Assembly: GCA_010093705.1 (NCBI GenBank)
Contig: MU006091.1
Span: forward strand, 558,001-622,000
DNA from: Patellaria atrata CBS 101060
Taxonomy: Eukaryota
DNA: 64,000 nucleotides
Direction of reading: 5' to 3'
This document shows positions 26,074 through 39,838 of the stretch, piece after piece; positions within the stretch are counted from its first letter, which is position 1; each line of letters starts with the position of its first letter. Made by a program: the position numbers and the translations under genes. A model generated the notes under the pieces. It ran no database searches. It saw only the letters and a program-made list of their open reading frames with translations, and had not been told where the DNA came from.

Positions 26074-28407
26074 ATGGATCGAGCAACAGTCTATTCTATG
26101 AGTCTTTTTGACTATGGTGGAGAGAACGAAGAACAACAACTTAGAACGAAGATACAACAGCAGCTAGTTAGCTTTGTACTCGAGTTTCACTTGGACAATG
26201 TTTTTATATACAGGTTAGTCGCCCAATCAACATCTGTGGGTCCGTGGTTTAACGTATGTCAGAGATCAAATCCGAGAAAATGTCCTTGTCCGACAGTACT
26301 ACTGCGATATCGACATCACGCATCTTATCTCATACAACGAGGAGCTGGCACACAGACTGAACACCGAACCTGCAGAGATAATCCCCCTCGTATGGATGGA
26401 CATATTCTTTACATACTTCAGCAATAACTGACTGATACCGCAGTTTGAAGGTGCTCTGAAGACATGCACACAGAAGATAGTGTATCCTTCCCAACCCAGG
26501 ATCAACCTTCCAGAGCACCAATTATTACTACATTCTACCGCATCTCAAATCTCGATAAGGGACTTAAATGCCACGAATGTCTCACATCTCGTCCGTATCC
26601 CCGGCATTGTTATCGGCGCATCAACACTATCGTCTAAGGCTACGAGATTACACATACAATGCCGGAATTGCGATTGGCCGATCGACATCTCAGTCCAGAG
26701 CGGTTTCTCCTCTGCTTCTTTACCGCGAACATGCGGGAGACCTAAAGATAAAGAGAGACCGACTGATTGCCCACTGGATCCATATTTCGTCGTTCATGAG
26801 AAGTGCCAATTCATAGATCAACAGGTCCTTAAACTGCAGGAAGCTCCTGATCAGGTCCCTGTAGGAGAACTACCGCGACATATCCTCATATCAGCAGACA
26901 GATATCTTGCAAACAGAGTTGTTCCCGGCTCCAGGTGTACCGTTATGGGTGTCTTCTCAATCTACCAGTCCAAAGGCTCAAAAGCGTCGAATAATGCGGC
27001 CGTAGCTATACGAAACCCATATCTTCGAGCTGTAGGCATCCACGCCGACGTGGACCACAGCATGAAAGGTAATGCCATCTTTGCGGAAGAGGAAGAGCAG
27101 GAGTTCTTGGAAATGAGCCGCAGACCAGACCTTTACGAAGTTTTTGCTCGATGCATTGCCCCCTCTATCTACGGAAATGCGGATATCAAGAAAGCCATCG
27201 CATGTCTCCTCATGGGCGGTTCGAAGAAAATACTTCCGGACGGTATGAGACTTAGAGGTGACATCAACGTCCTTCTCCTTGGTGACCCAGGTACTGCGAA
27301 ATCCCAACTCTTGAAATTCGTTGAAAAATGCGCTCCTATCGCCATCTACACCTCAGGAAAAGGGTCTTCGGCAGCAGGTCTGACAGCTTCCGTCCAGCGA
27401 GATCATAACACACGAGAATTTTATCTAGAGGGTGGTGCTATGGTTCTCGCCGACGGAGGTGTCGTCTGTATTGACGAGTTCGACAAGATGCGCGACGAAG
27501 ACAGAGTAGCCATCCACGAAGCCATGGAACAACAAACAATCTCTATCGCCAAAGCGGGCATCACCACGATCCTCAACGCCCGAACATCCGTCCTGGCGGC
27601 CGCTAACCCCATCTTCGGCCGCTACGACGACCTGAAAACCCCCGGCGAGAACATCGACTTCCAAACCACTATCCTCTCCCGCTTCGACATGATCTTCATC
27701 GTCCGCGACGAGCACGAACGCGGCCGAGACGAGCGAATCGCAAAACACGTCATGGGTATCCACATGGGCGGCCGCGGCGTCGAAGAGCAAGTCGAAGCTG
27801 AGATCCCAGTCGAGAAAATGAAACGGTACATCAGTTACTGCAAACAGTGAGACCTCCTCCCTTCACCATCCACCATCCACAAGCTCGTACATTATTCTAA
27901 CAACATTCAAACAGACGCTGCGCCCCTCGCCTCTCCCCCGAAGCCGCCGAAAAGCTCTCCTCCCACTTCGTCTCCATAAGACGCCAAGTCCACGCCTCAG
28001 AGCTCTCCTCCAACACCCGCTCCTCCATCCCCATCACAGTGCGCCAACTTGAAGCGATCGTGCGCATCACCGAGTCGCTTGCCAAGCTCGCCCTCTCCCC
28101 CGTCGCGACCGAGTCCCACGTCGACGAGGCCATCCGGCTCTTCCTCGCCAGCACCATGGACGCCGTCACCCAGGGCGAGGGCCAGGGCAGCAAGGAGCTC
28201 AACGAGGAAGTCAACAAGGTCGAAGAGGAACTTAGGAGACGCTTGCCCATCGGGTGGAGCACCAGTCTTGCGACACTGCGCAGGGAGTTTGTCGAGAACA
28301 AGGGATTCTCGGATCAGGCGCTTAATAGGGCTCTTGTTGTGCTGCAGAGGAGGGAGAGCGTCCAGATTAGACATGGTGGGAGTCAGGTTTATAGGAGTGG
28401 GGTGTAG
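26074..28407 (+). CDS. MCM5: DNA replication licensing factor Mcm5
   Basis: Walker [17 protein letters not shown], arginine finger SRFD and the MCM5-type [14 protein letters not shown]. Three introns. Confidence 0.97.
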
Positions 28408-29186
28408 GGTTGGGTTTGGACTGGGGATGGTGATGGGGATGGGCGTTCGGATAGGGTACGTACTGCGTTTGGCGTATGGGTAAGGGAGGAGCATTCGCGA
28501 CTATTTGGTGGGTCTGGATGTGCACTGGCTGGGTCGGTGTTGATGGTTGAGGGGGTTTATGTATGTACAGTATATCTGCATTTGCGAGCGCGCTTTCATC
28601 AATGGTATATCCTCTGTCGTGTATCTTCTTTTCACCCTCGTGCTGAGCTTGCCGAACCCTCCTGTACGTCCTCGTTAGTATGAAGCACGCGTGTGAGGTG
28701 ACTGCTGTCGCTAGAGAGTTTGACTGTACGGAACTTTACAGATGTACCGCTGTATTGTACTCCGTACAGCTATTCCTGTAGACCAGTTTATTCGTACTGT
28801 CAGATCGTGTGCGCGGTTGAGCGGCCTGTATGCTTTATCCATTACTCTCGTCACGGACGTGTGGAAGTCTACTTGAGCCTGAGCGCGTGGCATAATGGGT
28901 TCCGGGTGTGCAGTAAGTCAGTAGTTGTACAGTCCACCACATCAACAGCACCACGATAAAGCATCACGACATCTCCACCCCGCCACTGAACTCCAAGTTA
29001 GTATCTTCGCATAAATTTAGTACAAACAACATTTACAGATCCGATCCCAGGTATCGCACAAACGGGACCATCCCTGATCTACTCCCCTCGAACTTGTACC
29101 AGGGATGCAAAGCAAATGGTAATTCCCACGCGTATGATACAACCCCAGCGACACTCAAGCATCCGTGCCGAGCTCCCTCATCCATC

Positions 29187-30169
29187 TCATAGCTTTCTAT
29201 TTTTCTTGCTCTTCTTCTTGCCTGCGGTGGCAGAGGCCGTCTTCGCATCCGCTGTGCCGAGGATGGCTTTTCGCCTGTTATACTGGCGGACGAGGTTCTC
29301 GACGGATCCAATGTCGTGTTTAGGTTGTCTACAAAACAGAAAATGTTAAATCGGCCCTAGATCTTGCCCAATATTCCATCCCAGCCCTCTCTATCCCCTC
29401 AAACCCCCAAGCTCACTCCCACGTAAACTAACACCAAAATCCTCCCATATATAAAAGACAATGAATCTCCGCACAAGCCGAAAGTGAAAAGCGCAACGTA
29501 CCTCAAATAATACAATCTCGCCCTCCTCGCCCTCCTCTCCCTCCTCTGCACGACCTCCACGCCCTCCACGTTCGGTGAGTAAACCTTAACCCACATCTCG
29601 ACGCCAACGCGCGTCAAATTTCCCCTTAGCAACACCGCCGTATCGACCCCCCGTCTTCTGATATTCAAACACACGCCCGCGAAGGGATCCCCGGACCGGA
29701 ACCGCACGAGCAGCACGTCGCCGACTTTCGCAGCGTCCGGGTTCGTCTTGGCGAAGAGGCGGGTGCGCGCCCCTGTGGGGTCGAGGACGGAGAGCTGGGA
29801 GGCGGTTATGGTGGCCAGGGGGGTGGGACAGATGTTGTGGGCGGAAGGGGGCGAGGGGATGGCTTTTATGCGCTTGTGGGCTGGGTGATGTCGTTAGTTA
29901 GGTGTTCGATGGGATGGGTTGGGTGAGAAGCGGGGAGGGGAGGATTGAGGGGAAATGCCGATAGAGTATTTGTACGCGGGGACGTACGTACTTTTCTTTC
30001 CGTAGAGAGCTCGCATTGAGAGCGGGATTCCCTCTACGTGTGGTTGGAGCTGTGAGGTTGGAACGGGTGCGGTGCTAAGGGTGCGTATGTGCCGTTTGGC
30101 GGCACGATGACGGCGAATTGATGGTTTTAGATGGCCCAAAGCCCGTGTCGGTGGTCTTAGGAGCGGCAT
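29187..30169 (-). CDS. IMG1: Mitochondrial large-subunit ribosomal protein bL19m (Img1-like)
   Basis: FAGVCLNIRRRGVDTAVLLR..GVEMWVKVYSP and RARRARLYYLR, then last exon QPKHDIGSVENLV...KL* ending at 29187. Presequence-like N-terminus. Confidence 0.88.
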
Positions 30170-30803
30170 TGTGAATGTTGATGTGAATTGGAGCTCCAGT
30201 GTCGCCGAAGAAGAATTGGTGATGAGATGGGGATCAAGGATGTCGGGACGGAAGTGCCAAGATGTGTGTTACTAAGCGGACATTTTCTTCTGAATCTTAT
30301 CAATCTGCACATGATTGATACCTTGGTGGTCAAGATCAAGTAACCTCCCATTGGATGTTAGGGTTTGGTATTTTTTGTCATGTGAAATTTTAGAGATACC
30401 ACATTTGAGAAAGTGGATTAGAAGTTCCGTGAGACACGTTACACAATCTTAACAGCCGGTAGAGTTGGGTTTGTAGAGTGTTGCTGTTATATTATACAAA
30501 GTACGCGGGCATCAGCATCAGTGCAATTCGTCTGCTCAACATGATGGCTACGGTAGCTACAGCTACTCATTGCTCATAACTTTTGAATATCAAGCCCTTC
30601 TTAGACTCTTCAAAATGTCATCCCCGATATCCATGCTATATTCCGCACTTAAATGATGTTCACCCAGTGTGGTATACCCCCTTGAAGAATTAAAAAACCA
30701 TACGCCCAGATAATGCGCCTTATCGAATGGCCAAAGAGACTTTTCCCGCTGAAAGGTAATGTCAAAACCGAAAATTGATCAGATGAATCTCGAGAACGGT
30801 GAT

Positions 30804-31930
30804 TCAACAGCTCCCACCAAATGAGAAGTTCTCTAGTGCCGTGATAGGAGTATCCACGTCATCACCCTTCTTCTGCATCCACTTTTGCCCATTCGCAAAC
30901 TCTTCGTCGAGGAAAGCTTCTGATGCATATTCTTGTATGCTTCGCGGTGCTTCCCACAGCTCCCAGGCAATCCTAGTGCAATCTGGTTCAAGTTCAGGAC
31001 CAAAATAGGGGGCGCGTTTCTTGCCCAGGGTTTCTTCTAGTACCTCTAGATGCTCTCTGTATCCCGACGGGACAGGTACTTCGTACTTTATAGGTCCCCT
31101 AATATAGCGGAAGGGTCTTCCTAGCGCCCTGGTAAATTCCTGACACACTTCGACTGGTGTCTGGTGTGAGAAGGCGAGCGGTATTCTATTGTAGGGATCA
31201 GTCAGTATTGAAATGTAGAATACATGGTGTTATGTATGCTGTATCCTGCATTAACTTGATGAATTAAGGAGGTTTCGTCTACTCACCTATGACCACCCCA
31301 TTTCTTAGGTCCGTCCTTGATGATCTGCACAAGAGGTGGACCTACGTCATTCTCTGCGTTCAACCAGGGTAGCGGGTCGTCAGGGTGGAAGGGTGCCTGC
31401 CAGAGGAAGCTATCGTCCGCCTGTCTCTCGAATCTGAAAAGGGGTAACGGTATCGAGGTGAAGTTGTTGTGGTAGATTCCACAGTATATGAAAGTTGCAG
31501 GGAGTCCAATTTGTCGGATGTAATTCTCGATGGTGAACTTTTGTGCCCACAAAGGTAGACCCTTCCAGTCCCGACCGAAAGCTGAGTGATCGGGCATGCT
31601 GCTATAGATGTAATGTTGTACCCCGGCTTTCCTTGCGGCGTCTGCGAGAGAGCGACCAACAGCTACCTCATCTCCCCAATGTGTGGTGTTGATAAAGGCC
31701 ACTCGTACGTTATCGAAAAGGTGTTTCACCAACTCTTTGTCTTCCAGGGATCCCACCACCACTTCCACGTTGCTCATACTTTGGAACTCCTCGTACACCA
31801 CACCCTCGGTTTCTCTCATCTGAGCCCGAACCCGCCATCCCAACGCGGCAGCGCACCGGACAAGGCTTGCCGCCTGTCGACCGCAACTGTTAATGGTAAC
31901 GATACTCTTAGAGGTAGTCATCCCAGGCAT
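30804..31930 (-). CDS. nmrA: Nitrogen metabolite repression regulator NmrA
   Basis: NSCGRQAASLVR, HYIYSSMPDHS, GIYHNNFTS, WQAPFHPDDPLPWL and EEFANG motifs. One intron. Confidence 0.9.
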
Positions 31931-32184
31931 CCAGAAGAAGTAGTCGATCCCGTAGGGAGGGATATCCGAATTCGGCAGAAACGATGTTCCAGGAAAGAAG
32001 AAAGACGGAAATGACAGGACTCAAGTGCTTTCAATAACTTGACAGACAGGCTCAATGACGGACTTAGTGTGACGTTGAGGAAATGGAGGTGAAAGACGTG
32101 TCAGTGGAGCGTAGGTGGATAGCAAGCCAGATACAGAACACGTGCGATTGGAGTAGGAGAGAACCAATAGAGAGTAGAGTCAAA

Positions 32185-32218
32185 GTGTGTGTGTGTGTGT
32201 GTGTGCGTGTGTGTGTGT
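32185..32218. repeat. (GT)n microsatellite
   Basis: About 17 GT units with one GC interruption, upstream of nmrA. Confidence 0.95.
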
Positions 32219-33994
32219 AGAGCTGCCCTGGACTTTTAAGGTACCTGAAATGGAAAGCAGCTCAGAGACAACACAGAACTTAAGAGCTAACAACTAACGA
32301 GGGAAGGAAATGCGGTGACGCTTATGCAGGGTAAGGATCAGTGGGAATTAACTGGAAGGTAAGGAATTTTAAGGCAAGCTTGCACCCTCTTCACACGTTC
32401 GCTCCTCCTCAAAATTACCTCGACGCTTGATGAGAGTGTCGCAGTTGCCTTTTACGAGACATGATGAGATGGGAAAGTCCCCAAAGTATACCAGAAATAT
32501 GTAACTTTCCAGTACCTTAGTGAGCGGAAGTATGACCGGCGGAGATATCTGGAGAAACAGAATCTTACAACGTCTCGTGAAGCTTCTTCGGTGCTTTTGA
32601 TGGTTTTGATCCTCTAATAATTACCTAATAGTACGGTTAGGGAACATGCCATCCTGGGAGCTTCTTCCATCATAGGCCGTGTAGTGAGAGAAGCTTTTGT
32701 TAATCTGTTAATGTTTTTTCTCAGAGAATGAGCAGAATGAGGAGCTCCACCTTCATAGGCGTGCATGTTGTCATAGGGTGCCAGATGCTAGCCAAGGCTC
32801 ATGTAATGGCACTGGTGGGACATCACGATCAATGACGAAAGGTTCCCGTAATTTGATCAAACATTCAAGTTTTCAATCCTTCTCAGCGCCTTTCTGTACC
32901 TCTAACCCTAGCTAGCCACAGCACCGGGTGCGGACAAGGAAATAAGCTCAATCGTATCATCTTGTAATCAACAGAACGGTGCTCCACCAGCTCTGTCGCA
33001 TTTTTATGACGGGAACAAGACAGGCCTGTACCTTTGCACTAGAACACGATAATGCGGGGAAGGACAGGTCAGGGACCCGACAAGAACTTCCCTTGACATG
33101 ATGCGGGACCCTGATGGTTAAGATAGAGCATATTGTCCCGACTGTCATTTCCATTTATCGATAGGACTCGCTGCTAACTATTGATCAATGGCCTGCGGAG
33201 TTGGCACCGTTACCGTCTCAAACGGCCTTTGGATGTTGTATGGGTGTTGTATGGATGTTTGGATGGTCGTCGATAAGGACGGGAAAATCTGATGTTCGAA
33301 GGAACCGAAGCCGGACAACCTGGAAGGGGAAAGAAAGCGGTCAGATCACGTGTCGGCCAAACTTTCATAGATTTCCCCCTAGCTTCATGACTGCAATCTC
33401 GTAAGAGTTGTAAAAAAGCTCCTATCAAACGCATGCCGACAACAAAGATACATGGCTTGATTCGCGCCAACTCCTCAAAATGCAACTCCTCGTTTTCGGC
33501 TTCCACTGCGTGATTTCATGCTTCTAAAACAGAATATACTACCTCTGTACCTTACTGTATCACTCCATAAAAGGACCATAAAGATACCACTGATGTCCGC
33601 CGTTCCGTTATACAGCGTCACAACCTAACCTGTACGCTGGCACATGGTGAGACGGGAAATCATGCTCCTTATTCCCCATTTCCCAAACTCAATAATGTCC
33701 GCCCGCTTGTTGACTGAATGTGCCGAGAGTACCGGGCTCCAAATGTCACGTCACCGCATGGACGTACTGCAGTAAATGTGTCTTCGGGTATATCTACTGA
33801 TTCAACGCACATCATCTTGACGCCTCCAATGCAGCCGTACTTTTGTACCCTGACTCTCCAAACTACCTTACTATACGCTTGATCAACCGAGTCAGGTCAA
33901 AGGCTGCAAAGCACCTCAAGCGCTATCTGGGTATGGCATCATTCACTCTCTATCCCATCACTAGTCGAAATTAAACTGCCGAACTATCTTTTCA

Positions 33995-36035
33995 TCATTC
34001 TATATCTGCACCAGCCAAGCCCCATATTCCGGCACCGTCCGAGCTACGCCTCAGCCTTGCGGAATTCATCTCGTCTAGATGAAAGTGAGCGCCTGCTTCT
34101 CGAAGCAATCGCACATGATCCTTCAACCCCGCATCCGCCGCCAGGAATAATGGCGTCCGACCTTCGCGGTTGCGCATGTGGACTGAGGCGCCTTGGGAAA
34201 GGAACTCCCTCAAGATCTCGACATTAGGTGACGTAGCCGCGATGTGCTTTTGATTTCATAGTCAGCTTATCTATCCTAACCTAAGGCTCTTTATGTGAAT
34301 TATCATGCCGTGTAAGGAAATGAGGTGCTATCTCAGTTGTAGCACATTTATCCGTACAATTCGTAGGATGAATATGGAATTACCGTAGGTAACTTGTCCT
34401 GATGGTGTATTCCGCGGCCTTGGCGTATCTATTGTATCACAGAGCTGCTGTCGTGAAACTGAAAGATATCGTTGCCATGGAAAAATCCGCCTATCGATAA
34501 CGGCCAAGATGAAAATCAACAGTCGGGTATGTTAAGGCGAGGCAGATAAGATTCAAGGGACATGGGAAAGCGTCCTAGGATTTGAGGCCAACCAAGTATC
34601 GTTCCGGTCCGGACCAGTATAGAATTGAGAGGAAATTGATAAGTCTGAGATACTCACCAAGGGTGTGTTCTTCGAATAGTCTCCATCGTTCAGTAACCAT
34701 CTTGCCTCTCCGCGCATCACATCGCGAACGCCTTGCAGATCTCCTTCTCGAATTGCATACGCTAAAGCAATCAAGCTCGACTTTTCTGGGGTAAGGGTGC
34801 CGTTTTGTGGATGGTGGAATTGAGTTTTGGAGGATTCTGTAAGCTCACCCCGCAAAGATATCGACATGCGCTTCGCGATCTCTGCAGGGGTCAGGTCAGG
34901 GAAGGAAAGTAGATAAGAGAGCTTCGTTAGCGCGGCTTCTGTAGTCATGTCTTGTCCAAAAACAATCCCAGCTCTTCCGAGAGCTGTGGCAGGAGCGTAC
35001 AGCGGGCTAACGCTGCCACTCAAGCATTGTGTGACGTTGACGATGACTATCCCTCTTTGAACAGCATCAGATAAGACCTTCGTGAAGGCGGAATCAGGGC
35101 CTCCGGGCGTATTACCGGCCCCAAACGTCTCTAGAACAAGCCCCTTCAAACCTTCGACCCTGAGCACTGCATCTACCATTTCAGGCTTTATTCCTGGAAA
35201 GACTCTTAGGCATGCCACGTGAGCGGTATCTAAGTGCGTTTGAATGCTGAACGGCTCTACTTGGGCTGGGCGATACACCAAGTTCCATTGAACGTTCGTC
35301 CTTAGCGATGTGATCGTGGCGAGTGGAGGTAGATTCGGACTTGAAAATGCTGCATAGTCATCTGCGGAAACCTTTGTGCTTCGATTGCCTCTCCACAATC
35401 GGAAATTGAAGAACAAGCAAACCTCGGGTATCATGAAGTGACCTGCAATGACAAGAGCGCTGAGAAGATTGTCCGTAGCATCGTTCTGCAATTCAAGCAT
35501 GGGAGCTTGAGATCCAGTCAATATCACAGGCTTTCCGAGATTCTGCAACATGAAGCTGAGCGCCGAGCACGTATATGCTAGAGAATCCGTTCCATGGAGG
35601 ACAACGAAAGCATCGAACAGTTGGTAGTTTCGATATATTGTTTTGGCGATTAGATCCCACCCGACAGCGTCAATAGAGCTACTATCCAGTAGCTTCTCAA
35701 ATTCATAAACGGAATACCGAATACGCCTGTCATATGCACTGACAGGTGTTCTCAAGCTTTGAACAGCCTTCCTTGTACCTTTATCGTCGGTAACAATCTC
35801 CAAGGGCTCCGGGTATGATCCGTCATTGAACGAAGGCCTTGGAGCCAAACCTGTCTTAAGGAAACCCGTAGCCTAACCCCGAGATTAGCTGGTGCCATTA
35901 TTCTTTAGATCCTAGTGCGATGCCCACAGGTACTAGTCCGTCCTCTGATCGCTTCATGCATATCGTGCCGCCAGTGATGATGATAAGAACCCGTGACTCA
36001 GGGAGCTGGACTTCCGAGAATAGTTCCGACACCAT
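33995..36035 (-). CDS. L-asparaginase type I with C-terminal ankyrin repeats (60-kDa lysophospholipase-like)
   Basis: RVLIIITGGTICM (exon 1, ATG at 36035), HGTDSLAYT, TGSQ and ETFGAGN motifs. Ankyrin NTPL|HIAA is split by intron 34247-34657, followed by GRTPLFLAA. Confidence 0.92.
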
Positions 36036-36916
36036 TTTGGAGTGGAATCTGAGCAATGTATGCTCGTAGAAGGATTGAAAGAAAATTTATGAAAGACAAA
36101 GGGAGAAAGTGGGAAGAGATAAGGGGATAGCCCAGAGATTGACCGCTCGTACACTTGGCTGGAGAGACTGATAGTGAAAACCATAAGAGTCCGGATAATC
36201 CGATGTCAGCAGAGTCCTGTGAAATTGATGTGTTTCGTGTGCGAAATATTTAAGAAAATGAGGAAAGGTCCCCACTGTGGGGACAAAGAATTTTCCCGCC
36301 TACCTCTGAGGTATCCGGTGGTTCACATAAAAGCTTTACTTGTGACAGAGAAGTTTTGATGGAAGGGATTTATGTACTGGTTCCCGATTACCTACGTTAC
36401 GAGATAGAATCCTCGCTCCAAACCCCGAAAGGAACAGTAACAGGCCGATATCGTCCTGCCGATAATACCCGGCCTTTACTGCAAATGAACCTTTGGAAAG
36501 CGTCTGTTATTCGGTCATGGTATGTATTAATTTGATCTCCTTCGATGTTACGAGTAAAGTCACGATGTATAACAGTAATGACATGAGAAGATGAAGCTGG
36601 AATCGCAAACGGAGCGAAAATATAGACGCGGGAAGACAAACCACGTGCACAACCTCCACACCTCAAACCGGCAAAGGGATCCCAAAACGCATTGAAAAAT
36701 TAAGCCTCTATAGATAAGGCATTTTAATCTCATGGTAGCGAATTTATCTGTATCCTGTATTAGATATAGTCTCCACCCACTCATAACAATCGCTGGTCAT
36801 CAAACTTAGGCACAGAAATCTCTATGGAACCATGGCAAGACTTTACACCTATTGGATCAATACGGAAACATTGCCTCCTAAAACTCGCAAAGGACGCCAA
36901 TATTACATGCCATCAT

Positions 36917-39370
36917 CTACTGGACTTGGTTAACGATTTCGCTTGCCCTCGATAAAGACTCCACCATTTGCTGGCACTCTTTCCGCCTCCTGACAGTGTA
37001 TTCGCTCTCTTTGAGCAGGTCATCGAGCTCCTGTTGTCTGTACATCTCCTGAAGAAGTTCACGTTGCATTTCTTCCTTTGTAAATCTAACCTCTTATTAG
37101 TACAACTCGATATGTTTAGTCAGTGCATAAGTCCAGAACTTACGAAACGAGAGCAAGCATAATCGCTTTTGGTACCATGTCGATCATCGTTCTCTTCACG
37201 ATGCCATAATAAGAGGTGATGAGCAATTCTAAGACGACTAGTTAGTGAAGCCACACACTAAAAAAATTCGATCCAAACTTACTAATGACTTCCACTTCCT
37301 GTGATTCCTTCTCGGACAGGGTACCGGATGCTTTCAAAGTGGGCGGTGGAGGTTCCATAGCCGCCATTTTCTTCTTATTCTTTGATGCAAAGAAGCTACC
37401 GAAGAAGCCGGAATTACCTTGGTCGGCTTCAAGAGACGGGCTTGCAGAACGTGGAGGTACTTGTGGCGGAAGCGGTTTCCCAGTTTTAGGATCCACTTGT
37501 ACAGGTTTAGCAGCATTATGGCGCTCATGCACTATGGCCATGGCCCTTGAACCGTTAATAAAATCAGGATGGCCAGTGTTGATATAACAAGATTCCATTG
37601 CCACAAGATCTTTGACTAGCTTGTTGGTTGGATCCATGACCTTCTTGAAAAATGCAACGACAACTGCGTGCATCTTCTCTTTCAATGCGGGATACCGTCT
37701 GAACATCGGCTTTGCTAGCAATTGTCCAAGAATGCGAACCAACTCATCGTATACCAACGATACACACTTTAAGCTGGGTTCTTCTAGACGCTTGATTTGT
37801 TGTTTGACGATCAACTCAAATGCTGTTGTACCGACAAAAAGCGCAGGAGAGGAACCGGAGGAGTTGTACATGATAGTACGGATATCGAGGTCCTTGATCT
37901 GGTCGAATGGGTCTACGGCTTTGACGCCGTTAGAGTAAAGCTCGTGGAAAACGAAGCTGATACGTGCACCACCAGAGAGTTCAGTGCTGGATAATTCTTG
38001 ATTGTTACCCTCCAAAACTGTCCTATATTCATTTGAAAATTCGGTTATTGTATTCAACACAATATTGGCGCTGTTACCAAGAAGGGAATCGCCAAGTGTC
38101 CCGAGCTCTGCGCTATACTTTTGTAGTGAGGAAGCAATGCGGGCTTTAATATCGGGCAGCGTCTGCTTGATGTGCATCATCAATATCTAGTTTCGCAGTC
38201 AGTAGGAGCCCTTTTTCAATGTCGATGGACTCGAGCATACCAAATTCAACTTTCGGGCTAGATAGGGTGTCCCACAGTACGAGCTCTTGTTTCTGTACGC
38301 TTTATGATTCTCAAAGAAATTCTTCTCTGCTTCCAGTGCGTATGAAATCGCCTTCTTGTTTTCTATATCCCTCTGTCCTCGATTTACGACCGGTACATAC
38401 CCGAGTCGGAGAGGGATAATACGACCCGCGAGGATATCCACGACATCGGTTCCCTCGTCCATCAAATCAACTTTTGTCAAAACTCCAATTGTCCGCTGTC
38501 CCTCAGGGTCCACCTCACGAGCTAGCTTTAGACCATCGGAGTTTGCTAAATCGGTGTTCGCCGCCGTCACAGCAAGGATGATAGCGTTAGATTTACTGAT
38601 CTGTTTCAGGACCATTTCCCTGATCTGTCGTTCGATATCTCTCGGCTGGTCACCAACGGGGACTTTTGTTAAACCAGGAAGATCCACTAGCGTGAGTGTA
38701 AGGACATTAGGAGAGTAAATTCGTAGGTTTATCGGAGCTGGGGAAATGCCAGCATTCCGTCCAGTTTTAGACTCGGTTTCCCGTACGATCTCATCTCTGA
38801 TTTTATTGAAGTCGTAGAACTTCTGTCCGGGAATGTGCAAAAACTCGCCCCACTCATCAAGATTCGACTCCTTATCGCTTGTTTTGATCTCTTCACTAAC
38901 TCCATTCGCTTGAGCTTTCGGTGATGCAGGTCGGTTTATGAGCTGAAGAATGAGGGGCCGTCGTGTGACGATACCGGTGCCTCGAGGTAGGCTTTTCAAC
39001 CATTAGTTCTAGGGATCGGGATAAGGGATATTGTAGAGGTTCGTAGAGTAAAGTAATGCACTCACAAATCTCTCCCCACGATATTCTCCAGCACTGAACT
39101 CTTTCCACTTGACTGCGATCCAACAACGGCGATTTGTGGCAAGTCTATGGGATTTTGAACCTATAAGTTCATGTGAGCCCCCCTGCCACGATCTTGCTCT
39201 ACGGACTGTGCGTATTCTCGTTACGTACCCCTACTGTTGTGAAAACATCTTGTAGCTTGTTGACGAGTGTAATGAGTCCTGGGTCGTTAACGTTTATCCT
39301 ATGCATGTTAACAGCGTGAAACCCGGAGACACGAGCATCTCACATACGCAGTTGGGTTGGTTCCCGCCAT
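36917..39370 (-). CDS. VPS1: Dynamin-related GTPase Vps1
   Basis: [35 protein letters not shown] and TKVD motifs, plus middle and GED domains. Multi-exon. Confidence 0.96.
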
Positions 39371-39838
39371 CACAGGCGAGGTCTAAGGAGTAGATTTAGG
39401 GAACAAGGTGATATGAATGTTTATAAATCTGGGAATATTTGTCTCCGCAAGACGAAGATTGGTATCTTTGAAAAAAAGGAAGAATTGCGAAAGCTGATGA
39501 GGTGTTGCATGAGCAGGTGGACCTCATCAAAATGGATCGAAGCGTAGGTTAGCTGTGGCTATCACATGTGTGGCTGAGACACTGCCAAGCATGACATGCC
39601 GCGTGGACAACAGACGAAAGCGGTGCTTTCTTTGCTTGAAGTTTAGGCAATGATTTTTGGAGAGAGTATCAGCATTCTAGTATTGTATTTACATATACAG
39701 CAGCCAACACAAGGTAGGCCGCGTCGCAGTGCATCCACTAAAGTAAAGGCTTCATCATCACATAGATCATTAGTCTAAGAAGTCCGCTCGACAAGATAAG
39801 GACAGCAGAAGAGCCTCACGAAGCCTAGTGAAAGATAT

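Noticed and set aside
34365..34402. 11-nt match to SSU rRNA (TGGAATTACCG) in the long intron as a snoRNA guide
   Set aside because: It is on the wrong strand for an intronic guide and is not adjacent to a D box, so probably chance.
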